Origin: Lytechinus pictus
Taxonomy: Eukaryota
Length of the DNA stretch: 64,000 nt
Direction of reading: 5' to 3'
Assembly: GCF_037042905.1 (NCBI RefSeq)
Contig: NC_087245.1
Span: 42,348,001 to 42,412,000 of the forward strand
The translations under genes were made by a program, and so were the position numbers. The notes beneath the pieces were generated by a model. The model searched no databases. It was not told the origin of the DNA and saw nothing but the letters and a program-made list of their open reading frames with translations. The number at the start of each line of letters is the position of its first letter. Position 1 is the first letter of the stretch. This document shows, piece by piece, positions 13,101 through 24,556 of the stretch.

Positions 13101-16100
13101 TTAGACCACTTTCAAGAGAAAGGTTTGCAAGCCAAAGTTTGCAAACGTTCAAGGAAGACACTACAACCAATATGACAGAGAGTTGATTTTCGTTTTTTAA
13201 AGGTTTACTATCACATACCTCCCTTAGGGCGAGCTCCTTGCGCTTCTTCTTCATGACATCAGTGACATGTTTCTTGGAACGTTCTTCCTTGAGGAGGATA
13301 TCTTCCTGTCTGGTTCTAGCAAGCTGTGCCTCCTGCTGCTGATAGGCAATGTGCTCATCCCTCAATCGACGTTCCTCCTCCTGAATGATACAAAAATAAA
13401 ACAAATAATGTTTTATTCACTCAGTGTAAAACCCTTCAGTTATGACACTGCTCTTAAAGTGGACCCTAGAAAACATCGTTATCCTTCTAAGTTTTGAAAG
13501 CTGATTACCCCGAAAGAGGGTGGAAGGTACGTATGGGTATGACTCGGCCAGGGACCTCTTGTTCATAAGGCGAATGCTCTACCACTCTTGAGCCATCAAC
13601 TTGGTATAAGCACCTGGATATTTCAAAAGTTATAAGCAAAGTACATAATCTCATAAGAACCCGAATTCAATGGGAAAGGAAAAACCAGATCAAGACGAGT
13701 GGCTTCCAAAGCAGCTTTGACCGTACCTGAACTTCCTCCAGGGAGATGTTTCCGATCATGAGGACATCGTCCCGGACGTTGTCCTCAAAGCGATCAATGT
13801 AAGGGTCGATCTTCTCCTCCTCCAGCTCCTGGCGCAGGTGTGAGATCTGGCGGTAGCTGGGTTCGTGCTCCGGTCTGTTGAAGAGGGTTGGTGGCTCCCG
13901 CTCCGTGTGGAGCTCGCTGTCTCCCTCCTCCAGGGTGCCTATCAGGTTCTCCAGGTTGGGCAGGTCATCGTTGCTTGGTGGGACTATTAGGAGTGCAAAG
14001 GAGACCAAATCCCAAGGAGAGAGAATCAATTTATTGGAAGGGTAAACTCGGAGAGGAGCCATTTAAAACAAGTTTCATCAAAATTAACATAAAGGAGTTA
14101 TGTAAGTTTGAACTTTTTCTATACAGAAACACTTTCTACATAGGTTGATTTTGAGGACAACTATCCATTTGTTTTGTACACACATTTTCTGATTTCCAAA
14201 TTTATATACATATTTGTGATTACCTTCTCCTGCCTGACCTTGACATATATGTATTGTTAATTGTATTTTCCCATGAAATATGTTATACTCAGAAGGAGGC
14301 ACGATAAAATTGAAGATAATGGTGACAATCTGAAAATTTATGTATAAAATTAATAAAGAATCAGCCATTTTGAAAGATGTTTGCCAATTTGAGGATCCCC
14401 AGAGAAAGTACAATAATCCTTTTCAAACTTCCATGTGCTTTCAAAAGCATCATAGCTTGAGTAGTACATGCAGAGAAGTAAAAGAGGAGAAAATTACGGG
14501 TTGCACGTACAAGAAGGTTGAATATTTCATGGAATTGCCCAACTAACTCTAAAAGAATACTTGTCTTTTATACCCTACTTTCGTTATCTTGGGGAGCATT
14601 TAACTGAACTAAATTGATACTGTGTTAATTAAAGATGGCAAGCTCATATATTTATATGAATAAGGAAACAAAGAAATCATTTCATGAAGAACTCACACAT
14701 AAGGGGGTCAGACATACATACCTAATGGCAAAACCAATATTACAGTCAAACATTTCAGATAATATGAGTATATGGGTCTTGAGTACACATTGCAATTGAA
14801 TTTCAGCTGGAGGATTGATTGATGTTAAACGACACGACCAACACAATGTGTCCTACAAGTGTCTGAATATTAATCTGTAAAATTATGAAAAAAGGTAGGA
14901 TTTATTTTCATAAATGTATATTTATATGATCTATAGATTGAATTACAAAGTAAATCGAGCAAATGAAAAATGTTAACTAATTCAACCCCCCCCCAAAAAA
15001 AAATTACCCATTTTTAGAACAGAGGAGGAGGAAAGGACACTTACGATACTTATACTCATCATCGGACTCCACTTCAATTCCAAAGTCTTTTGGGTCAGCA
15101 TCGTCATACTCCTCTGTGTTCATTCGACTACGAGTCTTCTCTTCTGTATCAAGCCTCACAATCATCTCCTCGGCAGCATCATCATCATTGTCCAGTTTCT
15201 TCATTTCTTCTCTGTCCCCATCTGCATCATCAGTGATGCCTTCCATCTGGGGTTCTGTGTCTGCCTGAGGGATGTCTTGACTTGCGACAACTGTGTCTTC
15301 TCCTGACAAAAGAAGGGAAAAGGGAGAGAAAATGCTGAATTACTACAGGCAGCTAAATAGCCACAAAATTAAAAGGCTCTATTCATAATAGGAATATTTT
15401 GCTCAATTTTGAAATAACTTTGGTTTGAGTACCGTAAGCTAAAAGGATGTGATTTTTAAAAATGAGAATACCGGGGAAAATCTTTTGAATTTTGAATAGT
15501 ACTTTGTTGCAGCTACGTGCAAAGTAAACTATGGAAAGTAAAATCATGTCTGGTTTATCATATTTTTACTAGACCTACCATTAGGACTAGGATCCTGATC
15601 ATCATGAGGTTCATCATCTCCTTGTCCATCCCCCTGGTCAGCTGCAGATGAGAAGTGTTGACGTTTGTCTTTTTGAAGTTCTGCATCCTCTGGGATTTGA
15701 AAATGAAAAAAAAAAAACTTTTGTCAATATAATTTCATGAATAGGAACAAGGGAGGAACATCCCTAAAATCAATCTAAGCTATAAACCAAATCTAATCAA
15801 AGGCCATCGCCTCAATATCCATCTTAATGGACTTGGAGATATTTCAGGACATGTTATTGTATTATTGACCTAAATTAATTTTTTTCATCAAACAAATCTT
15901 GATGTTTATAAATTTGTGTATTTTATAGTATATGCACCTCTAACAATCATTGCTTTTAATACCTTGTGGATTGACAACTTTTTCCCAGCACACACACAGA
16001 GCAGTCCTTCACATTTATAATTTCGGGGAGCTCAATAAATCGCTCTCCATATGTTTTCGAGGAGCTCAATCGAGCTCCTCAGAATCGCTATCCTAGAGGA

Positions 16101-19100
16101 GCTCAATTTAAGACAATACATGTACATGTATGCTAAATTGTAAATTATTCTTAAAATTGTAAATGCAATAGCTGTGTAGCTATTAATTAATCTGTGGTGA
16201 AACTAGGCCTGGGTCAATACGTTTACAAAATATCGCACTCCTTTAAAAAAAAACTTTGCAAAAAATTGCTAAAAATTCACATTTTACATCTTTAAATCCA
16301 TGAAATGGCCATCTATTTTCTATAATTCCTTGAAATTATTTGATTTAGTTGAAAACTATCAAGAAAATTAAGAATATTCAGCTCTTTCTTGACTCTGATT
16401 GATGATGTCAAAATCAGTAAATATTGTAGTCCCACATGGAGACTTCCATAATGTTGCAACATTAACTGAAAACGATCGTTGATTGTTTGATCGTTATTGT
16501 TTCACACGGTCAACACCATAAAAATCTACATATGGGACTACAATATTTACCGAGCTTAACATCATAAATCAGAGTCAGGAAAGAGGTGAATATTCTTCAT
16601 TTTATCCGTAGTTTCTAACTATATCAAAATAATTTCAAGGAATTATGGAAAATAGATGCCTATTTCAGGAATATAAAGAAGTAAAATGTGAAATTTCAGC
16701 AACTTTTAGTGAAGGTTTTTTTAAATAAGGAGCGCAAAATTTAGTTCTCCTTATTTTTTTTAGGAGCGCAGTATGAGCACCGGCATGATCGCGCTCCTCA
16801 AAAATGAAGGTCTGAGAGAGTGAAAATTGAAAATCAAAACTCTTTTTAACTGAATGATGAATCCCATGCAAAGATCGCAGGAAACTGTTGTGTTTAAATG
16901 AAATTTGAAATCATTACAAAAGATGAAACACATTGTGTTAAATGCATCATGTGGACTGCACTGTTGTCAACCGATCTCTCATGATAGACGCCAAGTAGTG
17001 ATGTCACAATAAGGGTGAAACCTGTGCAAATGTATTGTAAAATGCAAAAATTGTATGCAATCCTACCAGTTTCTTCCGCTTCTTTTGTAGCCTGGTCTTC
17101 TTCCAGCTCAGGGGATCTAATTCTGGCTGCATCCTCCTTATTTTCCTCCACAGCTGTAAAATAACAAAATGACAATCATTTTTTCTCTACTCTGAATTTT
17201 CTCACAACTAAATTTTGCGCAAAATTAAAATAACATTCCCTTTCCATAGTAGATTGCGAGACAAATGAATACCCTCTAGCGATTATTTCATTCCGCAATA
17301 ATGAACCTATTTAGTAACATTCCCTTTATCTCAAAACAAGATGCAGTATTTTGAGGGATGAAAAAAAGTCCTTTATGATAGAGAAATTAGACACTGCATT
17401 AGACACTGTGCATAATACAATTTGAAGGGAAAAGGTCTTTCTATGAAATCTGCTGTATTTGGGGTAAAAACAAAACAAAACAAACCAAAAACCCCAGTAT
17501 ATAAACTGCAAAAAGGGGTTCAGTTGGCATTTCTACATACTTAACGCATGACTTACCAGCATCCTCTGTTTGTGGTTCTTCCTCAAGAGCAGCATTCACC
17601 AGTCCCAACGCCTCTTCATCTACTGGTGCTTCTAATAAAAAAAGGAATACATACATAACCAGAACAGTGAATGTAGGATTTTGCTGGTTGTGACATATTA
17701 CACTACACACATGCATGAATGGCATTAGTACTTCATGTCCATAAAGCAAAGAAATCATTTTTCCCCCAATATTTATAAAATTGCATTTGATTTTGATTTT
17801 GATTTTTTTTTTTTGGGGGGGGGATAATTTTTTTTCTCCATTACCGGTAATGCATCTGGATTTTTAGAGACCTTAAAGTAGAATGTCATGATAACATTTT
17901 TTATCGTCTGGGCGTTCATTGCAAGAGTTATTTGTTGAAGGGGTAAGATCTATGAAAAGAGTAGGCTATAAAAAAAAATTAAAATGAATAAGATGTAAAT
18001 CTGACCACAGGTTCTAAATCAAGTTTGGTTTAGAACACATACATGTATATGTGCTCTTACATGTACGTGTGTACAGCAACATACATGTACGTATGTTCAT
18101 GTAGTTGAGTGGCCCGACAGGTTTTTTTTTAAATATATCATAGCATTAGAACTTACTCACATTCAAAGAGTGCATGTACAAGAATTTCATACTGCATGTA
18201 GTACTTTTTTAGATTTGGATTCAACAGACATTTTTCTATTTAACATACATGTGTAGATTGGATTTAAAGGACAAGTCCACCCCAATGAACAGTATATTTG
18301 CATAAAAAGAGAAAAATCCAACAGAAAATTTCATCAAACTCGGATGTAAAATAAGAAAGTTATAACATTTTAAAGTTTGGCGTAATTTCACCAAACAGTT
18401 ATATGCACATTATCCTGGTCAGTATACAAATGAGGAGACAGATGATGTCATCCACTCACTATTCCTTTTGTATTTTGTTATATGACATACACTGTATAAT
18501 ATTTCCTCCCTGAACATGTGGAATTAGCATTGTTTAATAATGTATGGCTCAGTCAAGTTGGTCCTTATTGTCATATCTGCAAAAAATGAAATATTGTATA
18601 ATTCAAACAATAAAAAAAAAAAAAGAAATAGTGAGTGAGGGACATCATCAACTGTCTCATTTGCTTGTCACTGAGTTGTGCATATCACTGTTTTGTGAAA
18701 AATAAGCGAAACTTTAAAATGTCATACCTTTCTTATTTTACATCCGATTTTGATGAAATTTTTAGCTTGATTTTTCTTTATTTTTCAAATCAACATTTTT
18801 CTGGGGTGGACTTGACCTTTAAACACTATAAAAAAATGATTTAAAAATGTCATCTAAAATCATCAAAACATACTGCAAGCAAGTGAATATTTTCATTTTT
18901 CAGCTAAATTCTTTGAACAAAAGGCAAAATCAAAGTAGCAAAACAAAATGCACACATATATGTAACTGCTAATGTGAATTTGTATCTCATATGGGAGAAG
19001 AAAATTATATCATACATGTATTACGTAATACTTTTGTCAGACTACTTGAAGAGTTAACGATCAAGACTTTGATCAATATAGTCTCTCAATAAAAGATGGA

Positions 19101-22100
19101 TGAATAATGTTTTAATGACTATAGCTGCCTTAAAGGGGAATCCAACCCAAATAAAGACTTGTTTTTATAAGGAAAAGAAAAGAAAAATCTGAAAAGTTGA
19201 TAGGTGAAAGTTGAAACAATATTGGACAAACAACAAGAAAGTTATGAATTTTTAAAAGTTGTAAATATTGGTAATCACTATAATCATGGAGACTTCAAAT
19301 TGGCCGCATATGGGATGTCATAGTGATGTAAGGCAAGGACTACTTTTCCATGTACTCCAATACATATTTTGGCTATGTCATTTTTCCCAAAATTTTATTT
19401 CAAATTATATTTTTCTTTCATGAGGACATAAAACAATATACTACCAAGCTGTTTAATATGAGAAATACAAAAGACTTGAAAAATCTGTCAAGATTTTGTA
19501 AATTCATTATGTCAAAATTGTAATATCCTAAGTGTAGTTGCTGTCTTGGTTACTTTCTCGTATTAGGGCATGATTTCAGATTTTGTTGGATTGCACCTGC
19601 ACATGCTCAGTGGGATACCGGTCTCCAGATACTCTCTGGCATGTCGGGAGTGGGTGGGTTAATTTGTGCCCGTTTCTATTTCTATTACTGCTCTTGTATT
19701 GTACATATGTTTATTATCATCATGTTTGATTCTTTTTTTCTTTCTTTTTATTAATCTATTTCTTTTTGTTACCTTGGTATTTTTTCTTATGCCTATTATT
19801 GCCATTGTTGTAAGTTGTTATATTTCTTCTATGCCCCCAGGAGGGGCCGTCAAAGAAATAAAATCATTGTCATTGTCACCTGGGTTATATTTAGATTACT
19901 TCCCCAGGGGAATGGGTACTTAGGAGAAAACCACACATTCCTGATAATAAAGTACATGGCCTATGGGAAAGTTGTCCTTGCCCCTTGTCATAATTTACTT
20001 CCCCAGTTGCCAATTTGAAATCTACATAGTATTAGTGATCTCAATTTTAAAGCAGCTATAACTTTCTTATTGATTGTCCGATTTCTTTCAAACTTTCACC
20101 ATTCTGTTTAATTTATTTTTCTCCTTCCCAACACAACATTTTATGGCCAAGGCTGGATTCCCCTTTAAATCAATATATCCCTTTAAAAAAAATGTATAAT
20201 ACTGGGCATTATGTTTAAACAATATTCTAAATACCTTATCAAACTTCATCACACTCATACACTGACAAATCTTTTATACTTCATTTTTAATCCTATTTGA
20301 TGGTAGAAATGATTACATGTGCATCCAATTCAAAAGGTTAGGGACACACAGGGAGAAAATATGTGTTATTTTTTTTCAATAGTCCTATTCACTTGAGCAA
20401 TTATCAGCATTCGGAATCATCTGTTATGATTGAGAATATTAAGCTCAAATCCACAAACATTAGGGTAATCAACAAATAGAATCAAAAGGTAGTTTCAGAC
20501 CGCCTCAAAGCTCATCAAAATTTGCCCTGATATGCCTGATCAGAAAATAACAGGTACTTTCGGCATTGTGAAGGCAAATTTCGCATAATATCCCTGAAAG
20601 AAAATACCAATACCCGCTAAATAGTAGGTACTTTAAAAACATTACAAGTGGGGTTTTTTCCAAGGTCACAGTTATTTTTACGGGAACTTCTTATATTATC
20701 TCAGCGTGGGTGGCTGCTGTGCTAGCGGTTTTGAATCTCGTGTCTTGCTTGCATATCAGACCATACTGTGCATGCTTGTAACTTAGGGGATGTTTTAGGT
20801 ATTTTTTAGCCTGAAAAAATTCTCATAATTTAATGGGGATTTTTATGATCGAGGCGGTCTGAAACTACCTGTTCTTGCTGAGAGGAATCAATGAAAATGT
20901 ATATTGTATGCAGGAATGTCAATATTAAAGGGGAAGTTCACCCTGACAATAAGTTTGTTTTTGAAGCAGAAAATTTTGAGAAAAAATACTGGTGAAGGTT
21001 TGATGAAAATAATGGATTTATGAATTTCTTTAAAATTTTTATTTTGTGATGTCACAGATTTATAAGCAGCTCCTAAGTTGTCAAAAAAATGCTATTTTCC
21101 TGAAGATTTTACTTGAATGCTAGATATCATTTTATACATGCACCCCTTTCTAAAGGTGGTTTCAAACCGCCTCGATCACAAGAATCCCCGTTAAATTACG
21201 AGAACATTTTTAGGCTAAAAAATACCCATTAATTATTCCTGCATTCACACCGCCCCGAAACATACCCTTCGGGATAAATTCCTGAAGTTAGGAGCATGCG
21301 CAGCATGGTCTAATAAGCAGGCAAGGCGCGAGATTCAAAACCACTAGCCCAGCAGCCAGCCACGGTGCCCGCGCCCAACGACACGCTGGGCTAAAAGTTC
21401 CCGTAAATTGCTTTCACATTGCCAAAATACCTGCGATCTTGGAAAAATCCCCGCGAAAGTTCTCGTAATTTCGCCAAGTACCTACTATTTAGCGGGTATT
21501 TTCTTTCGGGGAAATTACGCGTAGTTTGCTTTCACATTACCAAAATACCTGGTATTTTCTGATCGGGGTAAATTTTCTGATCAGAGAATACCTGGAACTG
21601 ACGAACTTCAAGGCGGTCTGAACTCTGAAACCACCTTAAGACGTTTTACGAGAAAATTATCTTTATTTCATCCTGTTCCTTTATAAAAAATTGAATTATA
21701 GGATATGGGGGAGCTGCTCGCACATGACATCACATAGTGAAGACTTTTAATCAGTCATAATTCTCTTATACTCTGATAGATTTTCATCAAACGTTCACCA
21801 ATATTATTACTAAGGTCAACTTCCCCTTTTACAAAATCATAATATTTTGAATGCCACAAAGCATCTTTTGGATGGGAAAAGCATTTTTTACTTTAATATC
21901 TGCATTACAATGCATGTTTGTAGTTATTTTTACTATCTATTTGAGGAAAAAATTGCATTCTTTTCATTCAAATCTGCAGTTTGTTTTTCTATTCTTTTTT
22001 AGCTTAAATACTCAGAGCATAAAATTGTGGACAAACAAAAGCAGAGAGGAGGGGAAGAAAGATAGGGGGGATGGTTGCATCAAGTGCTACATGTACATGT

Positions 22101-23718
22101 ATGTTTAGCAAGCAAATACTTGGGCTTTAGTAATTGCATGTAAGCTTATACCAATATCTACTAATTACTTAAATACAAGATATTCAAATAAATTCTAATG
22201 AAATTCTCAAATTTAGAAACTTTCCTCATTTCTAAAAAAATGGAAAAGAATGTACGAAATGAAAAAGTGCTCTTTTTAATAGGGTCAAGCCCAAAAGAGC
22301 CTCAAATAATAAAGTACTGATTGGCATACAGTGCTTTTTTAATTCATTGGGGCACAGGTTTTTAGGAAAAGGTGCATGCAAACAAGCTGACAAGTGCTGG
22401 TTGTGCAACAAAACAAACATGAAGCCAAGCAGTGATAGTTAGTGGACTGTCCAATCATACTGCACACAGGAACACACATTGTACCTGTTGTCTCACGAGG
22501 AGCTTTCTTCTTCTTCTTCTTGCCCTTTCCTTTTATCTTTTTCTTTTCGGTTCTAATTTCTTGTTCATCATCTAAGATTCACAAAGATACGGTGCATACA
22601 TTGTGTATGAATTCAATGCATATTGTCACAGTGTCATATCTACATGTATTCTGTAAAACTGTTCCTGGTTAAATTGCTGAAATAAAAGCATTTAGCCTTG
22701 GTCATAAAACCGATGTTATGTAGAATGGTGAATGCTTCCAGACAAGAAACAAAAGCAATAAAACAAATATAGGCAACTGTCCATTGAGTCAAATTTCTTG
22801 GGCCCAGACAAATCTGTTACAAAGGCAAAATTCAACTTACATACTGTAGTACATGTATGTGTAGAAGATGCTATTAACTCATGTTTTGCACACAGTAATT
22901 TGATCTGAAATAATGCTTCAAGTTGGGCAAACATATGGAAGGACTTTACAGAATATGTAGTCTACTGTATATTAACACTAAAGAGTGAAAACATTGGAAT
23001 ATTTTTAGCAACCAGTGTCCAGATGGTATCGCCTCATTAAAAAAAAAAATCAGGGTTGAACACCCCATTACAATTTCATGATTGGCATTAATCAGTATTC
23101 AGACATCTTGATATTAATATCATCACTTTCAATCAGCTACATATAATCATGGAGCTATAATAATCGATCTTTATCAAACCATTTTAATTCACCAAACATC
23201 ATAATAAACTGGACAGTGGTCATCTATGTCAACAGAATCCCATAAGAGTGGAATGGTTATACTTGCGTTAGTGGTAAAAAAAAAAAAAAAAGAAATTCTA
23301 ATGCACACACTTGTCTTGTGTAATGACCAGTGGAAATTGCACATAATTCAATCCCAAGGCAATTTGAAACAGGCAGGTACATTTTCATTGGTCTTGTATC
23401 TTTATCGCTGACAAACAAAAAAAATGTTGCAGTTTTCCATAGGTACATGTATTTGTCATAGTAACACATTTTAAGCAACCATTAAAGCAAGTAGTTTTTG
23501 TCAGTTTTCAAAGCTGATTGTTTCCTGAACTCTACACATGCCACATATCAATCATCACAAGAAAAAAAGGTGAATAATTAACTTGAATCTTGAGATAAAA
23601 ACTTCATGAAATATTCATCAACCATAAGTAAAATGAAGTAGAAATGGACCTATTTACCTTTAAGAACAGCTTCAGTGGTATCAGGATCTCGGGCTGCCTT
23701 CTTCTTCTTTGGTGGCAT
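366..23718 (-). CDS. OFCC1: OFCC1/ojoplano-like protein, spliced gene model; 14 coding exons visible, 3' part beyond the left edge
   Basis: Exons join in frame with GT-AG boundaries: 23718-23658, 22571-22485, 17631-17557, 17153-17067, 15689-15579, 15302-15045, 13983-13727, 13380-13219, 12430-12320, 9574-9433, 8604-8462, 7230-7061, 6317-6186, 514-366 (1945 nt). The conserved-looking core WKVDWNRAPQPIQIKLKCLRGVKDKLPAGRFILMTSLYDRLGGHVLRWS...VVAWGVFPIC...PMLRGE...DLDHWLCNLYFE is recognised from memory as OFCC1/opo family, not searched. Confidence 0.75.
610..755. mobile_element. Short MITE, PIF/Harbinger-like
   Basis: Imperfect TIRs GAGCCTGTTTCAT / CATAGAACGGGCCC, TAG on both flanks. Confidence 0.45.
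1090..6170. repeat. Intronic minisatellite, about 27 copies of a ~170-200 bp unit built from CAT/CAC/CAA triplets
   Basis: Recurring anchor CACTTATCATCACCATTCCAATC...GTCACTATTAGCACC...CCAGTACCATC...GTCAACCATCAGCATC; lies in the intron 515-6185. Confidence 0.97.
6186..6317 (-). CDS. OFCC1: OFCC1-like exon 13 (YKTPMLRGEIDTRID...DLDHWLCNLYFEIVRLPR)
   Basis: Pyrimidine tract plus AAG acceptor, GTAAG donor, phase 2-2. Confidence 0.9.
7061..7230 (-). CDS. OFCC1: OFCC1-like exon 12 (IDQSQFTVCPS...VVAWGVFPICDGQFEVLQGK)
   Basis: CAG/GTAAGT boundaries, phase 0 to 2. Confidence 0.9.
7378..8128. mobile_element. Non-autonomous Tc1/mariner (pogo-like) element
   Basis: TIR CAGTCCGACCTCTCTTAT / ATAAGAGAGGTCGGACTG, TA on both flanks. 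Confidence 0.85.
8462..8604 (-). CDS. OFCC1: OFCC1-like exon 11 (AGRFILMTSLYDRLGGHVLRWSNL...FYNVEIT)
   Basis: CAG/GTAAGG boundaries, phase 1 to 0. Confidence 0.9.
8945..9421. mobile_element. MITE, PIF/Harbinger-like
   Basis: TIR GGCTCATATTCTGA / TCAGAATATGGGCC, flanks TTA and TAA. Confidence 0.65.
9433..9574 (-). CDS. OFCC1: OFCC1-like exon 10 (TMYGDL...WKVDWNRAPQPIQIKLKCLRGVKDKLP)
   Basis: TAG/GTAAGA boundaries, phase 0 to 1. Confidence 0.9.
9596..10204. mobile_element. TA-flanked MITE with long inverted arms
   Basis: CCGTAAGGGCACTAGTATTCAAC / GTTGAATACTAGTGCCCATACGG, TA flanks, internal copies of GCACTAGTATTCAA. Confidence 0.85.
10585..11108. mobile_element. hAT-like MITE
   Basis: Perfect 23-bp TIR TAGCCAGGAGGCTCCTAGAGAGT; near-identical 8-bp flanks CCCCCACC and CCTCCACC; internal ~130-bp direct repeat. 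Confidence 0.8.
11215..11760. repeat. Diverged ~200-250 bp tandem repeats anchored on GTGATCC(A/G)AGTCCCC
   Basis: Motif at about 11245, 11497 and 11692, an inverted copy near 11740, and shared GCCACTTT(T/C)AGACAGTTTCCTA blocks. Confidence 0.6.
11880..12248 (+). mobile_element. Helentron-associated (HINE-like) element
   Basis: TGACCTTGACCTTTGGACCTCAAAATCAATAGG core, internal duplication (11991 and 12141), (GGAC)n microsatellite near the end; family assignment from memory. Confidence 0.55.
12320..12430 (-). CDS. OFCC1: OFCC1-like exon 9 (ELSIQRERLLQDQLHKTFKKAENLLKRSLEIRKGEVK)
   Basis: CAG/GTGAGT boundaries, 111 nt, phase 0-0. Confidence 0.85.
13219..13380 (-). CDS. OFCC1: OFCC1-like exon 8 (coiled-coil-like, EEERRLRDE...ELALRE)
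   Basis: CAG/GTATGT boundaries, 162 nt, phase 0-0. Confidence 0.85.
13430..13590 (-). mobile_element. Degenerate tRNA-derived SINE fragment
   Basis: Reverse complement begins AGTGGTAGAGCATTCGCC (A-box-like), then a SINE-like body. Confidence 0.4.
13727..13983 (-). CDS. OFCC1: OFCC1-like exon 7 (LPPSNDDLPNLENL...ISLEEVQ)
   Basis: TAG/GTACGG boundaries, phase 1 to 0, GC-rich codon usage. Confidence 0.85.
15045..15302 (-). CDS. OFCC1: OFCC1-like exon 6 (acidic, GEDTVVAS...DDEYKY)
   Basis: CAG/GTAAGT boundaries, 258 nt, within ORF 15004-15309. Confidence 0.85.
15579..15689 (-). CDS. OFCC1: OFCC1-like exon 5 (EDAELQKDKRQHFSSAADQGDGQGDDEPHDDQDPSPN)
   Basis: T-tract plus CAG acceptor, GTAGG donor, 111 nt, phase 1-1; not in the ORF track. 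Confidence 0.75.
16235..16769. mobile_element. Foldback (palindromic) MITE
   Basis: Arms of about 200 bp are reverse complements, e.g. ATATTGTAGTCCCA / TGGGACTACAATAT and CATCTATTTTC / GAAAATAGATG. Confidence 0.75.
17067..17153 (-). CDS. OFCC1: OFCC1-like exon 4 (AVEENKEDAARIRSPELEEDQATKEAEET)
   Basis: CAG acceptor, GTAGG donor, 87 nt, phase 1-1. Confidence 0.8.
17557..17631 (-). CDS. OFCC1: OFCC1-like exon 3 (EAPVDEEALGLVNAALEEEPQTEDA)
   Basis: Pyrimidine tract plus TAG, GTAAGT donor, 75 nt, phase 1-1. Confidence 0.8.
18268..18818. mobile_element. TTAA-flanked non-autonomous element (Kolobok-like), family A
   Basis: TTAA|AGGACAAGTCCACCCC...GGGGTGGACTTGACCT|TTAA; homologous to 28152 and 29241. 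Confidence 0.85.
19134..20164. mobile_element. TTAA-flanked Kolobok-like element, family B, interrupted by a LINE fragment
   Basis: TTAA|AGGGGAATCCAACC...GGCTGGATTCCCCT|TTAA; colinear with the copy at 63490. Confidence 0.85.
19446..19880 (+). mobile_element. 5'-truncated LINE 3' end
   Basis: Absent from the 63.5-kb copy; starts with an ORF-end remnant KLFNMRNTKDLKNLSRFCKFIMSKL*, ends AATAAAAT(CATTGT)2. Confidence 0.7.
20487..20870. mobile_element. Harbinger-like MITE (copy 1)
   Basis: Perfect TIR AGGTAGTTTCAGACCGCCTC / GAGGCGGTCTGAAACTACCT. Confidence 0.8.
20929..21827. mobile_element. Kolobok-like element, family C, with a nested MITE
   Basis: TTAA|AGGGGAAGTTCACCCTGAC...GTCAACTTCCCCT; homologous to 42822-43299. 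Confidence 0.7.
21154..21636. mobile_element. Harbinger-like MITE (copy 2, opposite orientation to copy 1)
   Basis: TAA|AGGTGGTTTCAAACCGCC...GAAACCACCT|TAA, 3-bp TAA TSD. Confidence 0.85.
22485..22571 (-). CDS. OFCC1: OFCC1-like exon 2 (DDEQEIRTEKKKIKGKGKKKKKKAPRETT)
   Basis: TAG acceptor, GT donor, 87 nt, phase 1-1, open frame. Confidence 0.7.
23658..23718 (-). CDS. OFCC1: OFCC1-like coding exon 1 (MPPKKKKAARDPDTTEAVLK)
   Basis: ATG at 23718, donor G|GTAAAT, upstream acceptor AG at 23745-23746; phase 1 matches the next exon. Confidence 0.75.
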
Positions 23719-23884
23719 TTCGACTTCGGTTTGGAAACACTATTCTATTTAAAAAACATGAGATAATCATAATTATTATCATGACATTTAATAGGCCTAA
23801 TATCACACCAATATCAAACATGCAGTATGATGCAGATCACCATTTCTACTGATTTCTGTTACATAGATTCATACAATAATAGCA

Positions 23885-24180
23885 TATTTTACCAAGGATA
23901 GCCACTTCAGTTCCGAAAACTGTTCTACCAGCGGGCCCTGCTTAACATGATTTAATGTTATTATTACCCCAGCTTTAGTACGGCTACATGTACCTTGATC
24001 AGGCGCTCAAGCATTCAAGGAATTTCTTCCAACGGGTACCCATTCACCTCACCTGGGTTGAGTGCAAGCTGTGCAGCACTATGTGGGTAAACTGCTTGCA
24101 GAAGGAAACCACGCCATGGCTGGGAATCGAACCCACGTCCCTCAGATTGAAAGACGAGTCTTAACTACTAGACAACAACG
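23885..24180 (-). mobile_element. tRNA-derived SINE
   Basis: Minus strand: GTCTAGTAGTTAAG (A box), GGTTCGATTCCC (B box), body CCCAGGTGAGGTGAATGGGTACCC; the tail segment is shared with 35060-35110. Confidence 0.75.
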
Positions 24181-24556
24181 TGGATTACAAATTATATAGA
24201 TTCTAGATCCTTTTGACATGAGAAAATCTGCTCAAAACTTCTTTAGCAGAAACAAATTCATAAACAAGTTAGACCTAACTTTAATGTTACTAGGTGTCCC
24301 TGCCAACTGGAAATCCCTCGGCTTCATAAATTCAAGATCGAACTTCCAAATAAAAAAACAAAACAAAATATAGCCTCTGTCTCGATCGGCCATTTTGTTT
24401 TGAATTTTGAAAGGAGAGGTATCGCGATAGAACTTTTCTTTTTTTGAGGTTCCAGTCTGTGCCTCGATATCAGGATTTGTGTGTCACGATAGACCTTCAT
24501 TCATATAATCTTGGTAAGAGCATAATTTCTGTTCCACATTTTATTAAGATTACTAT

